Assembly: GCA_018304175.1 (NCBI GenBank)
Contig: JAGVWT010000007.1
Span: forward strand, 1 to 22,999
From: Candidatus Pacearchaeota archaeon
GTDB lineage: Archaea; Nanobdellota; Nanobdellia; Pacearchaeales; GW2011-AR1
Length of the DNA: 22,999 nucleotides
Reading direction: 5' to 3'
The notes under the pieces were generated by a model. The model had not been told where the DNA came from, did no database searches, and saw only the letters and a list, made by a program, of their open reading frames with translations. Every line of letters begins with the position of its first letter. Position 1 is the first letter of the stretch. This document shows, one piece after another, positions 16,535 through 22,999 of this stretch. The translations under genes and the position numbers were made by a program.

Positions 16535-17220
16535 TATTTTTCATTTACTATTCTAAATGGACTTGCTTTTTTACCTATGACTTCTTGAAGTTTTTCAGGG
16601 GTTGCGTTGATTATGTTTTTAACTGTTTTGAATTTTTTTAGCAATTTCTTAGCTGTTTTTGGTCCAATCCCTGGAAAACTTTCAATAATAAACTGCATTC
16701 TTTCTTTTTTACCTAGTGTTTTTTTAGCAACATTTAATGAAGCCTCCTTTGGTTCGCGTTTAGAAAGGACAGAAATAAATCTTGCGGTATCCTGATAGTT
16801 TTTTGTGAATATTATCGGTACATTGTACTTCAATAAAATTGAAAGCAAAAATCCTCTAACTGAATTTGGATGCATGCCAATTTTTTCCTTGGAAAAATCA
16901 TCAGAATACAAATCTTGTTCGTCAATGCCTTCTATTATCAAAAGCCTGTTTTTGTATTGCTGTAGTTCTTCAAGTTGTTTTACCAAACGCCGATTTTTCA
17001 TTGATGAAATAAAGTCAAAAACAGTTTTCCTTTCTATTGCCACATCGTTGACAATGTAATCTGCAACTTTTAATTCCATTAAATCAACTTCAATTCCAAG
17101 AGATATAACTTCTGAAATAACTAGAGAGTTTTTCTCTCTATAATCTGCCTTTATTTTCAACTTTGGTTTCTCCTTTATTCTTGTTTGTCGTTTTGAAAAT
17201 ATATCAAAAATTTGCTTCAT
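16531..17220 (-). CDS. ERCC4/XPF-type structure-specific nuclease with HhH domain (C-terminal half of Hef as a separate gene)
   Basis: ADYRE...ADYIV...IERKTVFDF (ERKx3D), LIIEG, and HhH FPGIGPKTAKKLL. Start is ATG 17220 (GTGAT upstream as RBS) or GTG 17229 overlapping the helicase stop. Confidence 0.92.
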   Translation of the reverse strand: MKQIFDIFSKRQTRIKEKPKLKIKADYREKNSLVISEVISLGIEVDLMELKVADYIVNDVAIERKTVFDFISSMKNRRLVKQLEELQQYKNRLLIIEGIDEQDLYSDDFSKEKIGMHPNSVRGFLLSILLKYNVPIIFTKNYQDTARFISVLSKREPKEASLNVAKKTLGKKERMQFIIESFPGIGPKTAKKLLKKFKTVKNIINATPEKLQEVIGKKASPFRIVNEKY

Positions 17221-17225
17221 TTTAA

Positions 17226-18758
17226 TCACAATGTCTTTTGTTCCTGTTTTTTAGACAAATCACTGTTAAGTTCTTCTTTTATTGAACTTATTGCAGAGTG
17301 CATGCGTCTTTCTTTTGCTTTTGAGACATAATAATAATTCTCATCTCGTGTTTTTTTAGTTATTAGTATTATCAATTTCCCCTCCATTAGCCTTGCTGTT
17401 CTACCTGTACGTTGAATTGTCCTTATCGCTGATGCTACAGGCTCGTAAAAAATAACGGTGTTGACCTCTGGGATATCAATTCCTTCTTCTCCAATACATG
17501 TTGCACAAAGTACATTTATTTTTCCTTCTGAAAATTCATCAAGAAGTTTTTTTTGTTCTTTTTGGCTCAGACCGCTGAACTTTTTCTTTGCCTGCCCAAC
17601 GAAGATTTTTGACTTAAGGTTTAGGGTTTCATTAATTTTTTTTGATATCATTGACGCCGTGTCTCTGAATTGTGTAAATATTATTATTTTCCCATTTTCA
17701 TTTTTTATTATTTCTATGGTCTTTTCTACTTTAGGATGTTCCTTTCCCTTTGCTAGAAGTATTTCTGCTTTTTGGAGTGACATTTTAAACTCTGGATTTG
17801 AGACGAGTTTTATAACTCCTTTACTTTGTTTTTTTTCAGCTTGTTTTAAAAGGTCTTTCAAATAATCTCTGAAGCCTAAGAGAGTTTGTGTTTCCAAAAG
17901 CTCTAATGCATGCTGGATTTTCAGTGTCTGAGCGCAAATGCTTGCCCCCCACATATAATTAAAGTTTCTACTTCCGTTTGAAATTGAGAAAGAGATTCTT
18001 TTCTGAAGATTTATAAGTGCTGTTTTTGTAGGCGGACCGAAGAGCAAATTTCTTGACTTTAATTCATCAATGTTTTTGTTCAGCAATTTCCTTAAATGTG
18101 TTCTTATTTCCTCAAATTCCTTTGGAAAATCAATATTAACTTTTTCAAATTTAAGTTCCTGCAAATACTTTGAGACATCTTCACTTTCTCTAGTGCGGAG
18201 TTCAACTTCTTCTATTGAAAGGTTCTTGCAGATTTCCTGTATTTTGGATTTTTCACTTCCGGGAGAAGCAGTCAAACCAACAATTCTTTGATGTAGCCCT
18301 TGAGATTTGTATTTCTGTGCAACATAATTGTAATCATAATTTTTAAGACACCTATGTGCTTCATCTTCAATCAAAAGACAAACTTCATTTAAATTATACA
18401 AATTATTTTTTAAGTCATTTGCAACGCATTGTGGTGTCGAGAAAATTATTTCTGCTGTTTCCCATATTTTTCTCCTATTTTTTGCAGGAACACCACCAGT
18501 AAAAAGCTGCATATCCGCGAATAATTCAGGCAAGTGTTTTTTGAAATAATTAAAATGCTGTTCTGCTAAAGGTTTTGTCGGAGCCAAAAACAGAACTTTT
18601 TCACCAGGATAAGCTTTCAGCCTTTCTATCACAACCATCAATGCAATTAATGTTTTTCCCAAACCAGTTGGGATTACAACAAGGCAATTTTTTTTCAGAC
18701 AAGTTTCAGCTATGTTTTTTTGGTAATCTCTCGGGACTACATTTTTTAAATATCCCAT
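17226..18758 (-). CDS. Hef/FANCM-like SF2 DEAH helicase (N-terminal half of Hef)
   Basis: PRDYQ (Q motif), PTGLGKT, LAPTKPLAEQH, DEAHR, GLTASPG, IFTQFRDT, FVGQA, EEGIDIP, QRTGRTAR. Confidence 0.95.
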   Translation of the reverse strand: MGYLKNVVPRDYQKNIAETCLKKNCLVVIPTGLGKTLIALMVVIERLKAYPGEKVLFLAPTKPLAEQHFNYFKKHLPELFADMQLFTGGVPAKNRRKIWETAEIIFSTPQCVANDLKNNLYNLNEVCLLIEDEAHRCLKNYDYNYVAQKYKSQGLHQRIVGLTASPGSEKSKIQEICKNLSIEEVELRTRESEDVSKYLQELKFEKVNIDFPKEFEEIRTHLRKLLNKNIDELKSRNLLFGPPTKTALINLQKRISFSISNGSRNFNYMWGASICAQTLKIQHALELLETQTLLGFRDYLKDLLKQAEKKQSKGVIKLVSNPEFKMSLQKAEILLAKGKEHPKVEKTIEIIKNENGKIIIFTQFRDTASMISKKINETLNLKSKIFVGQAKKKFSGLSQKEQKKLLDEFSEGKINVLCATCIGEEGIDIPEVNTVIFYEPVASAIRTIQRTGRTARLMEGKLIILITKKTRDENYYYVSKAKERRMHSAISSIKEELNSDLSKKQEQKTL

Positions 18759-18759
18759 T

Positions 18760-18888
18760 TTAACTTTTTTGTTTTTTCTTCTTTAATTTTTCAAAATCTA
18801 CCTCGTAATTCAAGGTCCCTACATTGAATTTCAAAGGAGCTGTGATAAATTTTTTCCCTTTTTTGTCACGCGCTTTAGTGCTTTTCAC
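18760..18888 (-). CDS. Small basic protein (42 aa), not in the ORF track
   Basis: GTG-initiated ORF MKSTKARDKKGKKFITAPLKFNVGTLNYEVDFEKLKKKKQKS*. TATA-like tttaaa lies 27 nt upstream, and its TAA is 1 nt before the helicase ATG. Confidence 0.6.
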   Translation of the reverse strand: MKSTKARDKKGKKFITAPLKFNVGTLNYEVDFEKLKKKKQKS

Positions 18889-18930
18889 AAAAATGTTATA
18901 TAGTGCTTGTTTAAATTTTTTGTCATACTT

Positions 18931-19557
18931 TTATATTATTAAGAAAGCGTATGCGAGTCCAATCAAAATTAGCGATGCAAAGAAGCTCCACATAATAACA
19001 CTACCGAAGAAAATTTTATTTCCGTCTAAATCTGAAATTGGGAGAATGTTAAAAAATGCGTAGTAAATGTTAAGTTTTGCGAATTCTTCAAAGCCGATTA
19101 AATATCCTGCAACTGCTAGTATGAGATTTGCTAAAATTCCTGAAGCTGCTATTAATCCGACGTGATATTCTGTCATTTCCGAAAAAGTGTATAAATCATG
19201 CCTTTTTGCTGTCCTGTAGATTTTTGCCTTTACTTCAAACACTAAAGAAGCGAGCCAAGTAAAATATCCAAATGAAATCGCAGTTGTTATTATGGGCAAA
19301 AGTGCCCCCACAGGCAAAGATTTTTTAAAATATCTTTGTGGTTTAAAGCCGTATCTCTTAATTTCCCAAATGCCTGTTTCTATTTCAGATTCAAGGTAAT
19401 AACTTATTATTTTTTTTGCAGAGATGTTTATGAGAATAATTATTAAAACAGATAGTAATGTGTAAAGAAAAATTTCAATAGATTCGATTAGACTTATTGA
19501 AAAGGAAAATACCAAAGCTATAATCAACACAGATACAATCTCTTTTCGGCTTAACAT
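18931..19557 (-). CDS. M50/site-2-protease-like membrane protein lacking HExxH
   Basis: GLIAASGILANL and FFNILPISDLDG match the M50 C-terminal NxxPxxxLDG motif. The expected HExxH position reads INISAKK. Confidence 0.75.
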   Translation of the reverse strand: MLSRKEIVSVLIIALVFSFSISLIESIEIFLYTLLSVLIIILINISAKKIISYYLESEIETGIWEIKRYGFKPQRYFKKSLPVGALLPIITTAISFGYFTWLASLVFEVKAKIYRTAKRHDLYTFSEMTEYHVGLIAASGILANLILAVAGYLIGFEEFAKLNIYYAFFNILPISDLDGNKIFFGSVIMWSFFASLILIGLAYAFLII

Positions 19558-19652
19558 GTCTATTCTATGAATAAGATTCTTATAAATTTTTGTATACTTT
19601 TTATCACGGAAAACTATTTAAATAATACATGATAATTTTAGGTATGAGGGTT

Positions 19653-19910
19653 ATGAAATTAAGTGAAGTTTTGGGAGCAAAAGTTTATACAGATTCTGGC
19701 GACTATTTTGGAGAAGTCGAAGAGGCAAATATATCTGGAAATAAAGTTGACAGCTGGCGAATCAGAGTTGCAGGAACCATGGCAACTTTATTATCAGGAG
19801 CAAGAGGAGTCATAATTCCCCATCAGTTTGTGAGGTCGATAAGTGATATATTCATAATAACCAAATCAGCATTGCCGAGTCCTGAACCCGAAGTTGAAGA
19901 ATTGGCTTGA
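19653..19910 (+). CDS. PRC-barrel domain protein (CdpB-like candidate)
   Basis: KLSEVLGAKVYTDSGDYFGEVEE and IIPHQFVRSISDIFII match the PRC-barrel pattern. ATG 19653 follows gaggg; alternative starts at 19629 and 19644. Confidence 0.85.
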   Translation: MKLSEVLGAKVYTDSGDYFGEVEEANISGNKVDSWRIRVAGTMATLLSGARGVIIPHQFVRSISDIFIITKSALPSPEPEVEELA

Positions 19911-20135
19911 TTTTTTTATATTAGTGTAAATATTCTGGCGGGATAAAGTTGGTTGTGATATACAAATTTTCAAAGTTTTATATTAACATTTTAATCAATA
20001 TCGAGCGAACGAAGTGGTTGAGACTTTTTCAACAGGGCTATAAAAATATTCCTAAGTGATACGAGAACATCAAAATATTTAAATAGACTTTTTTGTTCTT
20101 ATAAATGTCTAAAATTAACACTGACAAATAATAAA

Positions 20136-20633
20136 ATGGCAGATATAACAATTTTACAACATTGGATATTAACAAAATTCGCTTTCCCATTCTTACTGGT
20201 TTTTTTTCTGGTTTATGCAATTCTTGAAAAAACAAAAGTTTTGGGAGACAACAAACATCAAGTTAATGCGCTGGTTGCTTTTGTGATAGGCTTGATTTTT
20301 GTCGGTTTCGCATACCCTAAAGAAGTTGTTGAGAATTTGATATTGTTCTTGACAGTTGCACTTGTTGTTGTTTTCGTGGCGTTGCTTTTGTGGGGATTTG
20401 TTACAGGAGGAGAAGCAAAAATCTCTAACAACAAAATAAAAGCGCTTACAGCAGGAGCAGTCATAATTGTTACAATAATTGCCGTAATCTGGGCGACCGG
20501 GACTGATAATGAAATCATTGACTTTTTCTTCTATCAGAGCTGGAGCAAAGCATTTTGGACAAATGTTGTCTTTGTTGTTGCAATCGCCACAGCTTTAGCA
20601 CTTGTTTTGAGAAGTTCTTCAGGCGGGAATTAA
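20136..20633 (+). CDS. Uncharacterised polytopic membrane protein (paralogue 1)
   Basis: About 5 hydrophobic helices; FPFLLVFFLVYAILEKTKVLG...VNALVAFVIGL motif shared with 21034-21594. Confidence 0.85.
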   Translation: MADITILQHWILTKFAFPFLLVFFLVYAILEKTKVLGDNKHQVNALVAFVIGLIFVGFAYPKEVVENLILFLTVALVVVFVALLLWGFVTGGEAKISNNKIKALTAGAVIIVTIIAVIWATGTDNEIIDFFFYQSWSKAFWTNVVFVVAIATALALVLRSSSGGN

Positions 20634-20692
20634 GTTCTAAATATATCTTTAAGTGAATAAATGTTTAAATATTGGTTTTGTTGTGTAAATTG

Positions 20693-20986
20693 ATGGTTGC
20701 CTATGGTGAAACACAAGATAAGTTAATAGAAGATATTCTTAAAAATATTCATATTGGGGATTTTGTTTTGTTATCTGTGGATGGAAAATTTTTTAATAGG
20801 GGAGATGGTAGACATGAAAGATATGGGGGTTATGTGGCCTCTATAAATAATAGAATAATCACTCTTTCTCCTTCACATCATGAAAATGCTTTTCATGGAT
20901 ATAATAGCTCTGAAAGTCGTAGTAGAGAAAGGGCTACGACAGATATGGAGTTGGCGCAGATTAGACATTACAAAATTTTCAAGTAG
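20693..20986 (+). CDS. Hypothetical protein (small beta-rich, possibly Sm/SH3-like barrel)
   Basis: ORF with its own upstream TATA-like tgtttaaata; GDFVLLSV...YGGYVASINNRIITL...ELAQIRHY strand pattern. ATG 20693 is preferred to TTG 20672. Confidence 0.6.
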   Translation: MVAYGETQDKLIEDILKNIHIGDFVLLSVDGKFFNRGDGRHERYGGYVASINNRIITLSPSHHENAFHGYNSSESRSRERATTDMELAQIRHYKIFK

Positions 20987-21033
20987 CTTTCCAACATAAA
21001 AACATATTTAAAGTTATTTTCATATTTTTACCA

Positions 21034-21594
21034 ATGAATCCGGGAGTATTTTTACAGTATTATGGTTATACTGGCGGAGACATAGGAAATTTTTTGTCTC
21101 AGCTTGAACAAATGGGATTTTTTGCCTATGCACTTCCTTTCCTGCTGATCTTTGCGATAACGTTTGGGATTTTATCCAAAGTCCATATTTTTAAAAATAA
21201 ATCAATTAATGCAACCATTTCAATTTCTGTTGGATTGATATCATTGCAGTTTGGATTTGTCACGGTTTTTTTCGCGAATATTTTTCCAATGGTTGGTGCA
21301 GGAATGGCAATTATGCTGGTGCTTCTGATACTCATAGGTTTTGGTTCCAATTTCGAAAAAGATGACAGACTTTGGAAAATAGTTTTGTTTGCAGCAGGAT
21401 TAGTTGTTTTTGTAGTGATTGTTTCAAACACTTATGCAATTCCATGGACTAATCCTTTCTGGTGGAATCTAAATTGGTCTCTTGTTTTTACCATTGTAGT
21501 TATAATAATATTACTTACGGCAATCATAGTTGGAGGTAAAGAAAAACACAAGACAATTTTAGAACACATTAAAGATACAGCTCAAGGTATATAA
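21034..21594 (+). CDS. Uncharacterised polytopic membrane protein (paralogue 2)
   Basis: LPFLLIFAITFGILSKVHIF...INATISISVGL aligns with the 20136 protein; about 5 hydrophobic helices. Confidence 0.85.
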   Translation: MNPGVFLQYYGYTGGDIGNFLSQLEQMGFFAYALPFLLIFAITFGILSKVHIFKNKSINATISISVGLISLQFGFVTVFFANIFPMVGAGMAIMLVLLILIGFGSNFEKDDRLWKIVLFAAGLVVFVVIVSNTYAIPWTNPFWWNLNWSLVFTIVVIIILLTAIIVGGKEKHKTILEHIKDTAQGI

Positions 21595-21601
21595 TTTGAA
21601 T

Positions 21602-22309
21602 TTATCTTCTATTAACTCTTTTTTGATCTGAACTTTCTTTCTGGTCTTGCGGATTTGAATAATTTGTAGAACTTTGAGAGTAGCTTTTTTGAGTAGAATT
21701 TTTATTTGCAAACTTGCTGAAAGTGTCCTGCATCATTGACATTTCTCTTTTTATACTGTCAAGGTTTTGCCCATAAGAACCAACTCTTTCCAAAATTGAA
21801 ATTTGTAATTTGTCAATTATTGATTCTACTTTTTTTAGCCTTTCAGAAATGTTCTCAATCTTTGTTTCTGTAATTGCTTTGAACTCATTTATTTCCTCAA
21901 TCTGCTTCTGAATTTTTTGAATTTTGTCAGAGAAAACCTGTTCTGCTATTTCGATTATCGTGTTTGAAGAAGAAGGAGTAATTGTTTCGGATGGATAGCT
22001 GTAATCACTATATTGGTAATTTCCTGGGGAGTAATATTCTCCAGTTGACTCTTGTGGTGTGTAATAATCCTCATTTTGTGAGACTTCTTGCGTTGTTGAG
22101 TAATCTCCTTGATTCTGCTGTGATGAAGGCGAAGGTATGTATTCATTCTCGCTTCCATACTCATCTGAAACTGCTTTTTTTATTTGTTCGTTATTCATTG
22201 CATCATCTATCGCTCTTGGCGAAACTCCATCTTCTTTAAGATTTTTGATTATATCTTTTTCCTTTAATCCTTGCTTCCTCATTTGAGATATCTTATCTAA
22301 AACGCCCAT
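21602..22309 (-). CDS. Hypothetical protein: N-terminal helical domain, S/Q/Y/E-rich linker, C-terminal coiled coil
   Basis: QMRKQGLKEKDIIKNLKEDGVSPRAIDDAM N-domain; low-complexity middle; heptad-rich EIAEQVFSDKIQKIQKQIEEI...LDSIKREM. Confidence 0.85.
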   Translation of the reverse strand: MGVLDKISQMRKQGLKEKDIIKNLKEDGVSPRAIDDAMNNEQIKKAVSDEYGSENEYIPSPSSQQNQGDYSTTQEVSQNEDYYTPQESTGEYYSPGNYQYSDYSYPSETITPSSSNTIIEIAEQVFSDKIQKIQKQIEEINEFKAITETKIENISERLKKVESIIDKLQISILERVGSYGQNLDSIKREMSMMQDTFSKFANKNSTQKSYSQSSTNYSNPQDQKESSDQKRVNRR

Positions 22310-22316
22310 CTCATTG

Positions 22317-22631
22317 TTACATGAAAGCCCTTGACATTTTTATTTGTTTTGATAATATTTCAACATCGTCTTTTTTCGCGAATTTGGAAAATTCATTGGA
22401 AATTGTTTCAATGAATGATTTTATTCTTTCTAAGTCTTGTTTCATTTTTTCTATGTCTTTTTTGATTTCAAGCATTTTCCTGCTTGTTTCCTCTCTTGAC
22501 TCTATCATATTCTTTCCTATCATAAGGAGCCTTTCTCTTAGAATATTTTGTTTTTCCTCTATGTCTCTAACTTTTGTGTTAGCATCGCTGTAAAATTCAT
22601 TTGGATTGTAACCCTCTTGTGTGTTAGCCAT
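22317..22631 (-). CDS. Small coiled-coil hypothetical protein
   Basis: Heptad pattern across most of the length (VRDIEEKQNILRERL...IKKDIEKMKQDLERIKSF); 7-nt gap to the downstream co-directional gene. Confidence 0.8.
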   Translation of the reverse strand: MANTQEGYNPNEFYSDANTKVRDIEEKQNILRERLLMIGKNMIESREETSRKMLEIKKDIEKMKQDLERIKSFIETISNEFSKFAKKDDVEILSKQIKMSRAFM

Positions 22632-22747
22632 GTTTAATTTATATTAAGGAAGTTTAAATTTGTTGTGATTGATTTGAATAAGAATAACAAATTTAAGTTA
22701 TAATTTACTACCATAAACCTTATAAAATGTATTTTTATGTTTGATTC

Positions 22748-22999
22748 ATGGCACCAACAATAGATGTTAGCAGCGAAGTTTTGGAAGGTTTGGATAAGCT
22801 TGGTGTACCTTACAAAATCCAGAATCCCAAAATCCAATCACAAAATAATAAAAACAAAAGAACACTTTCTAAAAATACTCAAGAAGATTACATAGAACTC
22901 CCATCAGGAATTCTCGTAGCAAAGCAAAAAATTCTTCATGGAAAAAACTGGTCTGAAACTCATGGAGCACTTCAAGAACAAGGAAAAAGAATGTTAATA
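22748..22999 (+). CDS. Hypothetical protein, N-terminal 84 codons only (runs off the window)
   Basis: Hand-translated open frame MAPTIDVSSEVLEGLDKLGVPYKIQNP...YIELPSGILVAKQKILHGKNWSETHGALQEQGKRMLI; TATA cttataaa about 25 nt upstream. Absent from the track because it has no stop. Confidence 0.75.
   Translation, partial: MAPTIDVSSEVLEGLDKLGVPYKIQNPKIQSQNNKNKRTLSKNTQEDYIELPSGILVAKQKILHGKNWSETHGALQEQGKRMLI

Noticed and set aside
17226-17260. Programmed -1 frameshift fusing Hef helicase to nuclease at T-AAA-AAA-C
   Set aside because: The -1 frame is open from that point, but the site is not a canonical X-XXY-YYZ heptamer, I see no downstream stimulatory structure, and the nuclease has its own RBS-like GTGAT and ATG.
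18760-18888. Assignment of the 42-aa ORF to a known ribosomal protein (e.g. eL38), or read-through extension of the upstream M50-like gene
   Set aside because: Only general basic composition matches, with no diagnostic motif. The frame is continuous with the M50-like gene but separated by a TAA stop and has its own TATA.
1394-22593. Other overlapping alternative-frame or antisense ORFs in the track (e.g. 1394-1903, 4639-5079, 8914-9261, 9373-9792, 12862-13110, 15991-16395, 17458-17865, 18824-19063, 21126-21431, 22321-22593)
   Set aside because: They fully or largely overlap well-supported genes and show no recognisable motifs; they are expected shadows of biased codon usage.
1-22999. tRNA/rRNA genes, transposases, integrases or proviral genes
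   Set aside because: No cloverleaf or GC-rich structured RNA segment and no recognisable mobile-element ORF were seen by eye; a tRNAscan/Infernal run would be needed to exclude small ncRNAs in the 8538-8827 and 19911-20135 spacers.

Overview
AT-rich archaeal chromosomal segment, most likely from a DPANN/Nanobdellota lineage (Pacearchaeota/Woesearchaeota-like). This is inferred from the PolD large subunit, the archaeal-type TyrRS, BRE/TATA promoters and the Lys-rich compact genes. The left part (2.3-10.8 kb) is an accessory surface-protein locus of three tandem secreted proteins. The first two share an identical 33-bp promoter and homologous signal peptides, and the second is a 1478-aa acidic protein with a long Tyr/Gly/Ser repeat region. 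The right part is housekeeping-like: tyrS, a DRG/TGS GTPase, a full-length ArmA/Rmt-like 16S rRNA methyltransferase homologue, an M16 peptidase, an arginase-fold protein that has lost one metal site, a 2H phosphoesterase, a Hef split into helicase and ERCC4 nuclease genes, a degenerate M50 protease, a PRC-barrel protein, two paralogous membrane proteins and two coiled-coil proteins. Two ORFs missing from the ORF track were found by hand: a 42-aa gene at 18760-18888 and a partial gene at 22748 to the window end. No tRNA, rRNA, CRISPR array, transposase or integrase was recognised. All family assignments come from motif recognition and memory of the families, not from database searches.
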